Assembly (NCBI GenBank): GCA_045639225.1
Contig: JAZUCR010000551.1
Span: 1 to 35,443, forward strand
Length of the DNA: 35,443 nucleotides
Source: Victivallales bacterium
Lineage (GTDB): Bacteria; Verrucomicrobiota; Lentisphaeria; Victivallales; UBA1829
Direction: 5' to 3'
Shown here: in pieces, positions 18,686 through 28,675 of the stretch
Position numbering within the stretch: the stretch's first letter is position 1
Layout: each line of letters begins with the position of its first letter
Translations under genes and position numbers: made by a program
The notes under the pieces: generated by a model
Told to the model about the DNA's origin: nothing
The model's database searches: none
The model's input: only the letters and a program-made list of their open reading frames with translations

Positions 18686-19768
18686 ATGAAATGCTTTCTG
18701 AGTCTGATCCTCGGAGCGGCGGCGCTCGTGCTGACCGCCGCGGAAGCCGGCAAACCGCAGCCCCGTCTGCAGGTCGCCAAATGGTATTTCAACTCACCGG
18801 TCCCCGCCGGGCAGCTGGAATGCAGCGTCCTCTTCGATCTGACTGCCGCCAATTCGCAGGAAATGCTCCGGATGCTGGAAACCTTTCAGGAGGAGTTCCG
18901 GGTGCCGATCCGCGCGGTCATGGTCAACGCCAAAAAACAGGCGGATGACTTTGCCTCCGCCACCGGTCCCTATTCGATCGGTCTGGGCGCCGACGACAAT
19001 CTGAAAACCCGCAACACGCTGGCGGAAACCGTGTCGCTTTTCCCGTATGCGGTATTGTCCAAAGACGGGGAAGTGGTCTGGAGCGGCGATCCCACCGAAC
19101 TCGATTCGGTGATCGAACAGGTCAAAGCCGGTAAATTTTCGCTTTCCCGTCAGAAAAGAGTGGAAGCCCTGCGGAAGGAACTGCAGATGGCAATCCAGTC
19201 CGGACTCTCCCATGTGGTATCATCCACCGCGGACCAGATCCTGAAGGAAGCCCCGGCTGACCGTATTGCGATCCAGGCGAAACTGATGGCGCTTTCCGCC
19301 AGCGGACAGAATGCCGAAGTGCCGGCGTTCATCAAGAAGATCTGCAGGGAAAATCCGCAGGACCTGCGTCTGCGCATCATGCAGCTGGATCTGCTGCTCC
19401 GGGAAGGCAAGTCGGAAGATTTTGTCCGGGCGGTGCAGGATTTCAGCAAAACCTTTGCCAAACCCGACCCCAGACTGGTGCGTCCGGTGGCGTATATCGT
19501 GGATAATGCCCCCTACGGGGCACTGATGCCGGATTTGACCATGACCCTGGCGCAGCGGGCTTATGACAGCGTCAGAAACAATCCGAAGACCCTGACCTTT
19601 GCGATCGCCTGTGAAACGCTGGCGAGGGTGCAGGCGGAACGGGGAAAATTCGCCGAAGCGGTCAAACTGCAGCAGACCGCGCTGCCCTTCCGGCTGAAGA
19701 CCCCGCAGGAAAAAGCCGCCAGAGCCCGTCTTCAGTATTATCAGGCGCTGCAGAAGAATAGCAAGTAA
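18686..19768 (+). CDS. Exported protein with a thioredoxin/TlpA-like domain lacking CxxC and a C-terminal TPR-like region
   Basis: Signal peptide. FPYAVLSKDGEVVWSG resembles the cis-Pro/beta-hairpin of TlpA. ETLARVQAERGKFAEAVKLQQTA is TPR-like. Confidence 0.6.
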   Translation: MKCFLSLILGAAALVLTAAEAGKPQPRLQVAKWYFNSPVPAGQLECSVLFDLTAANSQEMLRMLETFQEEFRVPIRAVMVNAKKQADDFASATGPYSIGLGADDNLKTRNTLAETVSLFPYAVLSKDGEVVWSGDPTELDSVIEQVKAGKFSLSRQKRVEALRKELQMAIQSGLSHVVSSTADQILKEAPADRIAIQAKLMALSASGQNAEVPAFIKKICRENPQDLRLRIMQLDLLLREGKSEDFVRAVQDFSKTFAKPDPRLVRPVAYIVDNAPYGALMPDLTMTLAQRAYDSVRNNPKTLTFAIACETLARVQAERGKFAEAVKLQQTALPFRLKTPQEKAARARLQYYQALQKNSK

Positions 19769-19770
19769 GC

Positions 19771-22700
19771 TTATTTCAGTTCGTTTTTCAGTTCGTCAGC
19801 CAGCCGCTGGGCGACAGGGAGGTCGCGCCCGGACAAGGCTCTTTTCAACTCGCCGATCTTCACCTGACAGGCAAACCTTCCGGCTGCGGAAAGCTTTTTC
19901 CCCGCCCCGGCAAGTTTCCGATCAAAAGCGGCACATTCCCCGGCAAGGAGTTTGAGCTGCTGCCCGGCGAAAGTCACTTTCCGAGTGAAAGAAAGATTGC
20001 CGCTGGGGGAAGTCAGGTTCACCTGAATCGTATAACAGCCGTCCGGAAAAGCTTTCAGATCGGTTTCCGGCTGAAGCACAAAGGCCGACGGCAGGTCAAA
20101 AGCAAAGGAATCTTCCGCTTTCCGGAAAGAGGCGATTTTCCGTTTCCCGTCGAACAGCGCAGCTTCCAGCAGGACCTTGTCCGGCATCAGTGCGGCGGTC
20201 GCGGCTTCCACGACGGCATCCGGAAAAGCCGACTGGTCCACGGTTTCCGGCAGGACCAGATACGCCGCATTCAGTCCGCTGACCGCGCCTACACCCGAAA
20301 GGCCGTGGAGATACAGGAAGCGCATGTTCAGGTCGATCGACTTGCCCGGTTCGACCGTTTTCCGCGGTGAGAACATCTCCAGCGTATAGAAATCGGAAGC
20401 CTCCCAGATATAGATCCTTTCCACCTCGTCCGGCCGGAAAGTATTGATCAACGCGCATTTGGAACGGGTGTCCACGATAGCCGCCCAGCTGCCGCAGTTC
20501 CGGAACTGTTTCCCGCTGTTCTGTCCGCGGAATGCCGACCGGATGACGGAACCGTCTTTCCCCGCGATGAAAAATTCGTCGGAACTGTCGGCGGAACCGC
20601 CCACGTGCAGTTCGGGATGATAACGCAGATCGAACTTTGCCGCATCGGAGCCCCGGTTGATGCAGGAAAGCGTCAGGTCGCAGACCGCGGCATCCGGCAG
20701 CAGGCTTGCTTTCTGGACCAGCAGCTTGTTCTGCACGGGAACGGTCATGGCGAATTCCGCCGAAACCGCATTGCCGTCCTGTTTGATTTCAACCGGCATC
20801 CGGGCGGAATGAAAAGGGCCCGGCATCTGTCCGGAGATGGTCCATGCATGGTTGTTCGCGATCAGGTTTTCCTTTTCCGCCAACGGCAGGAACGAGATCA
20901 GGGATCCGCCTTTCCCGCTGTCGAACGTCAGAGAGATCAGATCATTCGAAAGTGTTATCAGCTCTTTTTTTTTCACTGCCGCAGCTTTTCCGGAATACGG
21001 GACCGCCTTGACTTCCCGGATCTCCAGCGTAGTATGGAACGGATACATGAAGAAAATGTCGAGACATTTCACCTCGAAAATCTTATCCCGGGTGCGGAAC
21101 CAGACCGTTTTTCCCGCTTCGATTCGTTTTTTCTGGTCCTCATTTCCGGAACTGACGGTCAGATAAGCGGTGCCGACCCGTGCGTTGTTACCCGAGCCGA
21201 GGATGGTTGCGGAGAAAGTCCATTTCCCGGCCTTCAAAGGCGAATCCGCATACAGCCGCCCCTTGTAAGGCAGCGTGATCTTCTTGACATCGTCGCGGGT
21301 TCCGGAGGAGTTTTCAAGCTTGAATGCAACCGAGTCGGACAGCGGTGTTTCCGCGAGGGCGATCCCGCCTTTGATGCGGAACACCCGGCAGCCGTTGGCG
21401 GTCAGGGTCCGGAATACCGTATAACCGTCTTTATACTGCGTTTTCACGTCTTTTCCAAACAGGTAATCTTCCACGCTCACCTTGCCGCGGATCCGGACTT
21501 CGGTTTCTTCCAGACCCCAGTCCCTCCCCTGCTTGCCTTTCTGCGAGGTCAGGAGCAGATAAGTTCCTGTCGAATGCGTCCACTCCCGCAGGACCACGTC
21601 CGGATCGGAGACTTTGAAACGTTCTCCGATGCCAAGGGAACGCAAGACGCGTTCCAGAACGGGGGCAAACGCCGTGTATTTGTGAAGTCCGGCGCCGAAG
21701 CCGATAAAAGTGACAGACCCTTTCCCGCAGGAACGGGTCAGGATGGCGGGTGCGCCGCCGGGATAGGCGGCAAGGACCTTGCCCTCCCCGCCGGGCGAAA
21801 AAACCGTGTCTTTTTTCAGCAGACCGATCCGGCTCTTTTCCATGACCGCTTCGGAAGCGGAAACGAATCCGGGAATGACTGCCGTCTCCATGAAAATCAA
21901 GTTGGACTTCCTGCCGAATTCATCGAAACGTCCGGCATTCCCCTCGATGATCAGCCTGCCGCCGTTTCGGACATAATCCAGCAGTTTTTTCTGGACCGCA
22001 GCGGAAAGGAATTCCGCCTGGGGGACGATCAGGACCTTGACGGACGGCATCTTCCCTTCCAGCAGGGCTTCCTCGGCAAAGACTCTTGCCGATCTGCCGT
22101 ATTGGAGAAAGTGTTTGTAATATACGCTGACCGTGTGCAGGTGTGCGGAGAAAGTGCTGCTGCCCGCCCAGCCCCAGCCCTGGTCGTGCATGCGGGCTGT
22201 CTGGGAGAAGAGAATACCTATTTCCGGCACGGCACGTTCGCCGTCGAGGATCAGATGGTCTAGCTTCCGCATCTCCTTGAGCGTGGTATGAAGCAGTGCG
22301 CCATAGATGGTCGGGATGTCAAGCGTGTCCGCGAAGTTGCAGCTGTCGTTTCCGAAACTCCAGATATGCTGTTCGACCCCGAGAGCTCCGGCCCCGAGTT
22401 CCTGCCACATCTGGCCGTGGACCCGCTGCGGCGAAACTTCCTGATAAAGCGCACCCCATTCGGAAGTCAGATAGCGTTTCATGGTCAGGTCGCTGTAAAG
22501 CCATTCCTGATCGATGGCGCAGCAGGTGCCGTCAATGCCGCTGACGTCCTGATATCTGGTTGCGTTGTAATAGTTCAGCCCGTACAGGGGAAGCAGACTT
22601 CCGCCGGTGGACGGAAGCTGGAAAATGTCGATGTCCGGGTTGTATTTCCTGACCAGACCGTAGAAGCGGGAGTAAAAACTTTCCAGCAGGGCTTCGCGGC

Positions 22701-25206
22701 AGCGGCGGAAATGTTCCCAAACTGCATGCTGGGCCGGAGTTTCCGGCTGGCGGACCGGAACCGCCACTTCCTCGAACGATTTGAAGGCAGTGCCGCATTG
22801 TTCATTCATAGCGGCAATATCGTTTTTATAATATTCCCGGAGATGTTTCTGAAGCGCCTCTTTTGCCGGTGTCCCCCAGAAGTTGAGCCCCAACCCGGTT
22901 TCATCCGCACTGCCGATCCGGAACTGTTCTTTGCCTTTCCATTTCCAGTTCTCGAAAATCGCTTTCAATTGATTGGATATAACCTTTTCCGGGTATGGCA
23001 CGGCTTTCCCGTCCTTCACGGTCCCGTTAGCGGGATTGAATCTACCGCCGCCGGTCAGATACCTTGCGGACGCGGAATAAATGAACTTATGGTCCCGCAG
23101 GATGCCCGACAGCTGTTCCCGAACAACAGGATCGTCCGCGTACCATTCCGGAAATGGCTGACTGCTGAACACATTCGAACCGATCCGCCGGATATTGCCG
23201 AACAAACGTCCGCGCATCCGGGAAAGATTGACCGGAACCGTAAACGAGGCGATCGACGGGATCGTCCCGTATTTGTGCCGGACCGGGACCTTTGCCGGGG
23301 CTTTCACATCACGAAACGTTTCCTTTGCCCGGACAGACAGCGCGGCATACCGGGCAGCCGCATCCCGGACTTTCTTCAGCAGAGCGGCGGACGCCTTCGC
23401 CGACACCGCATATTTCCCGGATACCAGCAATGACTGCTGCGCTTTCCGTTCCAGAGCCAGTGCGGAATATTCCTTTTCCATTTGATTCAGGTCATCACGG
23501 AAATACTTCCATTCCCCGCCGAGGAGCTGACGGAAATACGCCGCGTCGCGCAAGGCCGCGACCGCTTCGGAATACACGAATCCCAGTTCGCTCCATTCCT
23601 TGTGCAGAGCCGTTGCGGTCCGGTAGTATTCCGGAGCCTGTTCGCCGGGCAGACGGCTTTCCATCAGGCGCAGGACCGCGTGGAAGACCTTGTCCCCGTC
23701 CCTGCCTTTCAGCAGCAACGATCCGACCCGTCCCAGATTGACCAGCGTTGCGCCGTAGAGCAGATTGTTGTAGTAGCGGTACACGGTAAAATCGGACGGG
23801 ATGCCGTTCCGTTCCAGGTAGAGGTCGAATTTCAGGTCCGCCCCCTGCGCATAATTGGTCCCGTCCCCGTAAGAGCCGTCCAGACCGGGCTGTTTGTTCC
23901 ATGCATCCAGCGGACGGTAGAACAGTTTCGGGAACGGTCCGCAGGCGGCGGGCAGGAGATCGCCGGTCAAGTTCACCGCTTCCGGGTTCAGCCCCAGCGG
24001 CGAGATCCATTTCCGGTTCGCCTGGGCAGCGGGATTGTCCCGCAGCAGAAACGGGGCATACCAGCCGCGATTGTGGTTTTTCAGGATTCTCCCGTTGAAT
24101 TTGCCGAAAGTCCCGTCCGCATTGCGTTTGTATACGCTCGGCAGGACTGTCGGGATCAGCAGATTTCCGCCGGAGGCGAGAAAGGCAAAGACAGAATCTT
24201 CCGCTTCGAACGGAATCACACCGGCCGGCAGGATCAGAGTGTCATAATTTTTTTTTTGCACCAGGGTTTTGTTCCCCAGTGCGGTATCATCCAGAAGCGT
24301 TACCCGGCAGCCGAGTTTTTCTGCCTGTTCTTTGAACCAGGCGGGACTTTGCACGGGGACGGCCCATTTTCCCGGAAGCGGCTCGTAAACCGCGATCCGG
24401 GTATTTTTCAGCGGTCCGAAGTCGATCTTTTTCAGAACTGTCTGTTTTGCCGGAACTTCTGCACGCTGGGTCGCGTTCTCCTTATACTCCTTCGCGACTT
24501 CCTCGGCGGAGAGGGCGCGGTCGTAGATCTTGACTTCATCCATCAGGCCGTTGAACCACTGCGATTCAGCAGATGCAAAATTTCCCAGCGTGAGCCGCAC
24601 TTTCGGATGGTCTGCAATGGGGGCGTTCACAGGACGGTCGCTGAGCCGGGTCTTCGAGTCTTTCAGCAGCTTGCCGTCCAGATAGAACCGGAGGATGAGC
24701 TTCTTCCCGTCCGCGGGGTCGGGCTCAAGGGTAAAGACGATATGATGCCACGGGGAGAGTTTATCCGTTCCCGGCGGCACGCGGGTATAACAGACCGCGC
24801 CTTTCATTTTCAAGGAACTGAAAGCGATAAAGGAACGGAAGATATAGGTGCTCCATGCCAGCCGGTAATTGCCCCGGTTGAAGAGGCTCATGCCGACCTT
24901 GCTTTTTTCCGCCTTGATCCAGACGGAAAGCGTCATCGCCTTGTCCGGGTTCAGTTTCTCGGAAATCGGGAGCACGATTGCAGAATCCTTGCCGTTGAAG
25001 CGGACTGCCTTCCCCTGAACGCCGAACTCCTCCCATGCAATATTCCGCAATGCTGCATCAAGCCCGTTCCCAGAGAAATCCTTGGCGATATTGCCGGTTC
25101 CTTCGTCCAGTTTCAGATGCAGGACCGGGCCGTTGTTTTCCGCGGCGTTTACCCCGCAGATCAAACTCACCCCCAGCAATAGAGACGTAAACAGTTTTTT
25201 CATCAT
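19771..25206 (-). CDS. Secreted multidomain glycoside hydrolase-like protein (LamG + GH42-like barrel + trimerisation domain + mutarotase-like supersandwich), 1811 aa
   Basis: Signal peptide. LamG: LHLKLDEG.G...FNGLMDEVKIYDRALSAEEV. GH42-like: LQKHLREYYKNDIAAMNEQCGTAFKSFEEV, SADE, TSEWG. Trimerisation domain: KVLIVPQAEFLS...LLDYVRNGGRLII. C-terminal LSNDLISLTFDSGKGGSL. Confidence 0.8.
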   Translation of the reverse strand: MMKKLFTSLLLGVSLICGVNAAENNGPVLHLKLDEGTGNIAKDFSGNGLDAALRNIAWEEFGVQGKAVRFNGKDSAIVLPISEKLNPDKAMTLSVWIKAEKSKVGMSLFNRGNYRLAWSTYIFRSFIAFSSLKMKGAVCYTRVPPGTDKLSPWHHIVFTLEPDPADGKKLILRFYLDGKLLKDSKTRLSDRPVNAPIADHPKVRLTLGNFASAESQWFNGLMDEVKIYDRALSAEEVAKEYKENATQRAEVPAKQTVLKKIDFGPLKNTRIAVYEPLPGKWAVPVQSPAWFKEQAEKLGCRVTLLDDTALGNKTLVQKKNYDTLILPAGVIPFEAEDSVFAFLASGGNLLIPTVLPSVYKRNADGTFGKFNGRILKNHNRGWYAPFLLRDNPAAQANRKWISPLGLNPEAVNLTGDLLPAACGPFPKLFYRPLDAWNKQPGLDGSYGDGTNYAQGADLKFDLYLERNGIPSDFTVYRYYNNLLYGATLVNLGRVGSLLLKGRDGDKVFHAVLRLMESRLPGEQAPEYYRTATALHKEWSELGFVYSEAVAALRDAAYFRQLLGGEWKYFRDDLNQMEKEYSALALERKAQQSLLVSGKYAVSAKASAALLKKVRDAAARYAALSVRAKETFRDVKAPAKVPVRHKYGTIPSIASFTVPVNLSRMRGRLFGNIRRIGSNVFSSQPFPEWYADDPVVREQLSGILRDHKFIYSASARYLTGGGRFNPANGTVKDGKAVPYPEKVISNQLKAIFENWKWKGKEQFRIGSADETGLGLNFWGTPAKEALQKHLREYYKNDIAAMNEQCGTAFKSFEEVAVPVRQPETPAQHAVWEHFRRCREALLESFYSRFYGLVRKYNPDIDIFQLPSTGGSLLPLYGLNYYNATRYQDVSGIDGTCCAIDQEWLYSDLTMKRYLTSEWGALYQEVSPQRVHGQMWQELGAGALGVEQHIWSFGNDSCNFADTLDIPTIYGALLHTTLKEMRKLDHLILDGERAVPEIGILFSQTARMHDQGWGWAGSSTFSAHLHTVSVYYKHFLQYGRSARVFAEEALLEGKMPSVKVLIVPQAEFLSAAVQKKLLDYVRNGGRLIIEGNAGRFDEFGRKSNLIFMETAVIPGFVSASEAVMEKSRIGLLKKDTVFSPGGEGKVLAAYPGGAPAILTRSCGKGSVTFIGFGAGLHKYTAFAPVLERVLRSLGIGERFKVSDPDVVLREWTHSTGTYLLLTSQKGKQGRDWGLEETEVRIRGKVSVEDYLFGKDVKTQYKDGYTVFRTLTANGCRVFRIKGGIALAETPLSDSVAFKLENSSGTRDDVKKITLPYKGRLYADSPLKAGKWTFSATILGSGNNARVGTAYLTVSSGNEDQKKRIEAGKTVWFRTRDKIFEVKCLDIFFMYPFHTTLEIREVKAVPYSGKAAAVKKKELITLSNDLISLTFDSGKGGSLISFLPLAEKENLIANNHAWTISGQMPGPFHSARMPVEIKQDGNAVSAEFAMTVPVQNKLLVQKASLLPDAAVCDLTLSCINRGSDAAKFDLRYHPELHVGGSADSSDEFFIAGKDGSVIRSAFRGQNSGKQFRNCGSWAAIVDTRSKCALINTFRPDEVERIYIWEASDFYTLEMFSPRKTVEPGKSIDLNMRFLYLHGLSGVGAVSGLNAAYLVLPETVDQSAFPDAVVEAATAALMPDKVLLEAALFDGKRKIASFRKAEDSFAFDLPSAFVLQPETDLKAFPDGCYTIQVNLTSPSGNLSFTRKVTFAGQQLKLLAGECAAFDRKLAGAGKKLSAAGRFACQVKIGELKRALSGRDLPVAQRLADELKNELK

Positions 25207-25221
25207 ATCTGTCCTTTTTCG

Positions 25222-25998
25222 TTAAAATGTCAGAGCAACGTTCCTGAACCAGCCGGCCAGGATGCCGTATTGACTTCTCAATATCCGCCGGTCCGGGTTT
25301 TCCACATGAAAATCGACGAAGGCAAGGTTCACCCGGTCGGAATGGCGAAGACTCAGCAAGGGTTTACTCTCATAATCGGACATGATCCGGTTCTTGAAAA
25401 ACCCGACCTGATAGAATCTGGAGTCTTTGAATTGTGCCGTATCCCCGAAAAATTTGGCTTTGGCCGGATTTTTCTTTTTATAAACATTCCAGAAATTACT
25501 GCGCGATGAATCTGCCGAAGCGAATTTATGGACATTATAAGAAACCCATAAGGCATGATCCGATATTTCCGACGTAGTGCCAAGCCAGGCGCCGAACATA
25601 TCATACGCGATTGCCAAATCGTTTGTCCTGCGCGGACGGTCCATGGCGGGACAGCCGTAGGCAAGATATTTTTTATTCCAGTGATCGATGGAAGTTCCGA
25701 TTGCACAAGGGGCCATGCAGACGATCCAGTTTTTACCTCCGCCGTAGCTCACAACCCAGCCGTTGGAATTCTCCGCATAAAGCTGGACAAGGTATCCGGT
25801 CTGTTTGAGGTTGCTTTTGCAGGCGGTCCCCTTGGCTGCATCCACTGCTTTCTTCAATGCCGGCAGCAGCATTCCCGCCAGGATCGCGATAACCGCTATG
25901 ACCACGAGGAGCTCTATCAAGGTGAAACAACTGACCGTTTCATGCTTCAGGGGTATGAGAGATGAGATGTTTATCGTGTTTTTTTTGGATTTCTGCAT
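25222..25998 (-). CDS. Prepilin-type N-terminal cleavage/methylation domain protein (DUF1559-like, H-X9-DF variant)
   Basis: VSC|[27 protein letters not shown]...CKSNLKQ, a YGCP motif, and [16 protein letters not shown]. Start placed at ATG 25998 after GAAAGGAG. Confidence 0.92.
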   Translation of the reverse strand: MQKSKKNTINISSLIPLKHETVSCFTLIELLVVIAVIAILAGMLLPALKKAVDAAKGTACKSNLKQTGYLVQLYAENSNGWVVSYGGGKNWIVCMAPCAIGTSIDHWNKKYLAYGCPAMDRPRRTNDLAIAYDMFGAWLGTTSEISDHALWVSYNVHKFASADSSRSNFWNVYKKKNPAKAKFFGDTAQFKDSRFYQVGFFKNRIMSDYESKPLLSLRHSDRVNLAFVDFHVENPDRRILRSQYGILAGWFRNVALTF

Positions 25999-26118
25999 GA
26001 TTTCCGCTCCTTTCAAACTTGTTTTTTAACTTGCGCCATCAGAATCTGTATTTTTTGCGCGTCAAAATTTTTTTTCAATCTGGATGCATTCCTCCCGGAT
26101 TCAGTATCTGACTCGAAT

Positions 26119-27561
26119 TCACGGCTTTTTCCGATTTACGATCCCGCTTTGGACGCTGTCAATGATCAAATCGGGGTTTTCAATTTTTAATGAAATACCT
26201 GCCGGATTCCGGTTGATCACATTGCTGATGCAGGAGTTCTGAAGTCCGCCAAGGACACGGACACTATGCCGGGCGTTTCCATTGACATTGGAAACGTTGA
26301 TATTGAACAATGCCTGTTCGAATTGTTTTCCATATGGATGGCCGGGTTCTCCGACGATACCGGGAGCCTTGCCCAAAGCAATGTCATCAAGAACATGAAA
26401 ATCATCAGGAGATGCATCGATCACGTTGTCAATGGAGACATTGTGGATTTCCCCACCTTCTATGCCAAGCAAACGGATAATGGAACATCCTCCGGCCGGG
26501 TAGGCAAGCACGTTGCGGATGATTACATTGCGGATCCCCATTTCACGCCGGGTCCAGTCGTTGCCCAGCACGTGGGAGGATCTCATTCTGCCGCTTTTCA
26601 ATTTCCATTGCGGAGTAGTAATGGCCGTCAACGCAATGACGTCGTCACCCGTCTTCCCCGTTATGTCGGAAACGATGATGTCATGACAGCCGTTCCGGAG
26701 ATTGACACCGTCCTGGTTTTCAACATTATGTTCCGCGCCGTCGATAATGCGTTTTTGCGATGCACTGAAGTCAATATGACTGACATTCCCGTATGTGCAG
26801 TCTTCAAGGGAAATAGCCCAGCCATGCTGTTCCACAATGCGGATGTTTTCAATGGAAAAATGACTGACCTTCGCAAAAAGGATCCCGATATTGCGCCAGT
26901 CGCCATACGGAGATTCCCCCTTTACGAGAGCATCCGTCCCATACGTATGGGCGTGCAGATCGGCGAAGGTCGGTTTCGCCGAACCGGAAAAATTTCTGGG
27001 ACAGGGGCAGGCAAGTATTTTGGTACTGTCGCCAGTGGAACGCGGGTGGTCGGCACCTTCCAGAATACAGCATCCGATCCCTTTGATATGTATGTTTTCC
27101 ACCGATCCCGGTTCCTCGATCCCCAAACCGCAGTTGGCGCTGCGGAAAAAATTATCCCGGCACTTGTCGGAAAGTTTGATTTTGCAGTCCTGAAGCACAA
27201 TCGTCGTATTCGAGGGAAGAAGTATTGCACGGTCCAGCTTCCACCAGGTACGGTCCGGCTCGATGTTCGAGACCCGCTTGGGGATAATGACAATATTGCC
27301 GTTCCGTCCGCGGATGGCAGCCTCGATCCGATCGTTGTCGGTCTTTCCCTCATAATCGTTGACCGTTTTTAACGTCGCTCCATATTCGGATACTTTCATT
27401 TTCTTCTCCATGATGTTTTTGTTTTTACCGATTTCAAGTTCCGCCCCGGCAAGCAGAAATGATGCAGACGCTGCTCCCAGGAATAACAATTTTTCAATGA
27501 ACAACCGACCGGATAGCCATTGTATCCTTGCTCTGAAAGTTTTGTTCAGGCAAATTATCAT
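26119..27561 (-). CDS. GH28-like right-handed beta-helix (pectin lyase-fold) glycoside hydrolase
   Basis: NQDGVNL...GDDVIAL matches the GH28 NTD/DD catalytic aspartates. Asn/Ile ladder repeats. Start placed at ATG 27561 after AAGGAGG. Confidence 0.8.
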   Translation of the reverse strand: MIICLNKTFRARIQWLSGRLFIEKLLFLGAASASFLLAGAELEIGKNKNIMEKKMKVSEYGATLKTVNDYEGKTDNDRIEAAIRGRNGNIVIIPKRVSNIEPDRTWWKLDRAILLPSNTTIVLQDCKIKLSDKCRDNFFRSANCGLGIEEPGSVENIHIKGIGCCILEGADHPRSTGDSTKILACPCPRNFSGSAKPTFADLHAHTYGTDALVKGESPYGDWRNIGILFAKVSHFSIENIRIVEQHGWAISLEDCTYGNVSHIDFSASQKRIIDGAEHNVENQDGVNLRNGCHDIIVSDITGKTGDDVIALTAITTPQWKLKSGRMRSSHVLGNDWTRREMGIRNVIIRNVLAYPAGGCSIIRLLGIEGGEIHNVSIDNVIDASPDDFHVLDDIALGKAPGIVGEPGHPYGKQFEQALFNINVSNVNGNARHSVRVLGGLQNSCISNVINRNPAGISLKIENPDLIIDSVQSGIVNRKKP

Positions 27562-27604
27562 TCTCGTCCTCCTTGATGAATGGTTCGTTTTTTTAATATA
27601 CTGA

Positions 27605-27716
27605 ATTATATACATTTTCGGCTGAAAAACAAGGGATAAAAAGCGGTTTATTATGGAAAATAATTCAAGATATATGAAAAATCGTATTTGCAAGAAAAAT
27701 CAATGCGTGGTATATT
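27605..27716. promoter_or_regulatory. Divergent promoters for the GH28-like gene and araC
   Basis: - strand TTGTTT(27632-27627)-N16-TATAAT(27610-27605). + strand TTGCAA(27688)-N17-TATATT(27711), with a TG extended -10. Confidence 0.55.
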
Positions 27717-27749
27717 GACGCCGGACGCATAAAAGAGAGGATACAGTTT

Positions 27750-28658
27750 ATGGAAATCGTCAATAAAGATTCTTTCAATACCTGGATCCGGCACAAATTG
27801 AAGATCCAGCTGAGTAACTGGCGGCCAGCCTCGGCATTCACACTGGTTCTCTGGCCGGATTTCGCAACGAGGGTCACTTATGCGGACGGTTATTTTGTCC
27901 GGCACACCCATTATGAAAGATGGTGCGCCTGTTCAGTGGAAAAAGGCTGTCTCCAGGTGATCAGCAACGGAAAGGCCGTCAAAATCAAAGAGGGACAGAC
28001 CGCGCTGATCCCGCCGGGGCCGCATACGCTGTCGGCCGAGGACGGCGAGGTCACCGTCAAAGTATTGGGGATCGAAGGACACGTGCTGCGGCTGATTCTG
28101 GAAACCCTCGCATTCAACCGCTGTCTGGTGGTCGAAGATTTTCTCACGGAAGAATACGAACGCCTTTTCGATGAGGTTTATTCTTTGCTCGGGAAAAGGG
28201 ATCCGGCATATGCTCCCCGGCTGTCCCTGCTGGCGTATGCGATCCTGATGTATGCAGTCCGGTTCGTTCCCCGGCAGAAACTGCCGGAAGAATTAGTGCT
28301 GGGGCAGCAGTTCATCCAGCGGAATCTGTTCCAGAAAATCACTTTGGCGGATCTTTGCCGGGAGACGGGGTGTTCCCGGACCCGGCTTTGCATGCTGTTC
28401 AAGCAGTATACGACGTTTTCACCTGGGGAATATATTGCGAACAAACGGCATAAATATGCCATGGACCTGTTGACCTCATCGCCGACATTGCCGGTCAAAC
28501 AGGTAGCCAGCTATTGCGGCTACCGCAGCCAGCTGTATTTCTCCAAAGATTTCAAGAAACACACCGGCATGTCTCCCAGCCGCTACAGGGAAAAATATTC
28601 CCGGCAAAGCCCTTCCCCGGATTGTTTACCGTTCCCCCGGAAGAAGCAGGACCGATAA
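27750..28658 (+). CDS. AraC/XylS family transcriptional regulator
   Basis: Cupin N-terminus (RHTHYE...LIPPGPH). HTH AMDLLTSSPTLPVKQVASYCGYRSQLYFSKDFKKHTGMSPSRYR. Confidence 0.93.
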   Translation: MEIVNKDSFNTWIRHKLKIQLSNWRPASAFTLVLWPDFATRVTYADGYFVRHTHYERWCACSVEKGCLQVISNGKAVKIKEGQTALIPPGPHTLSAEDGEVTVKVLGIEGHVLRLILETLAFNRCLVVEDFLTEEYERLFDEVYSLLGKRDPAYAPRLSLLAYAILMYAVRFVPRQKLPEELVLGQQFIQRNLFQKITLADLCRETGCSRTRLCMLFKQYTTFSPGEYIANKRHKYAMDLLTSSPTLPVKQVASYCGYRSQLYFSKDFKKHTGMSPSRYREKYSRQSPSPDCLPFPRKKQDR

Positions 28659-28675
28659 TATCCCTTCCCGAATTT

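Noticed and set aside
27562-27693. Upstream extension of the GH28-like ORF
   Set aside because: It overlaps AT-rich divergent promoters. AAGGAGG supports ATG 27561.
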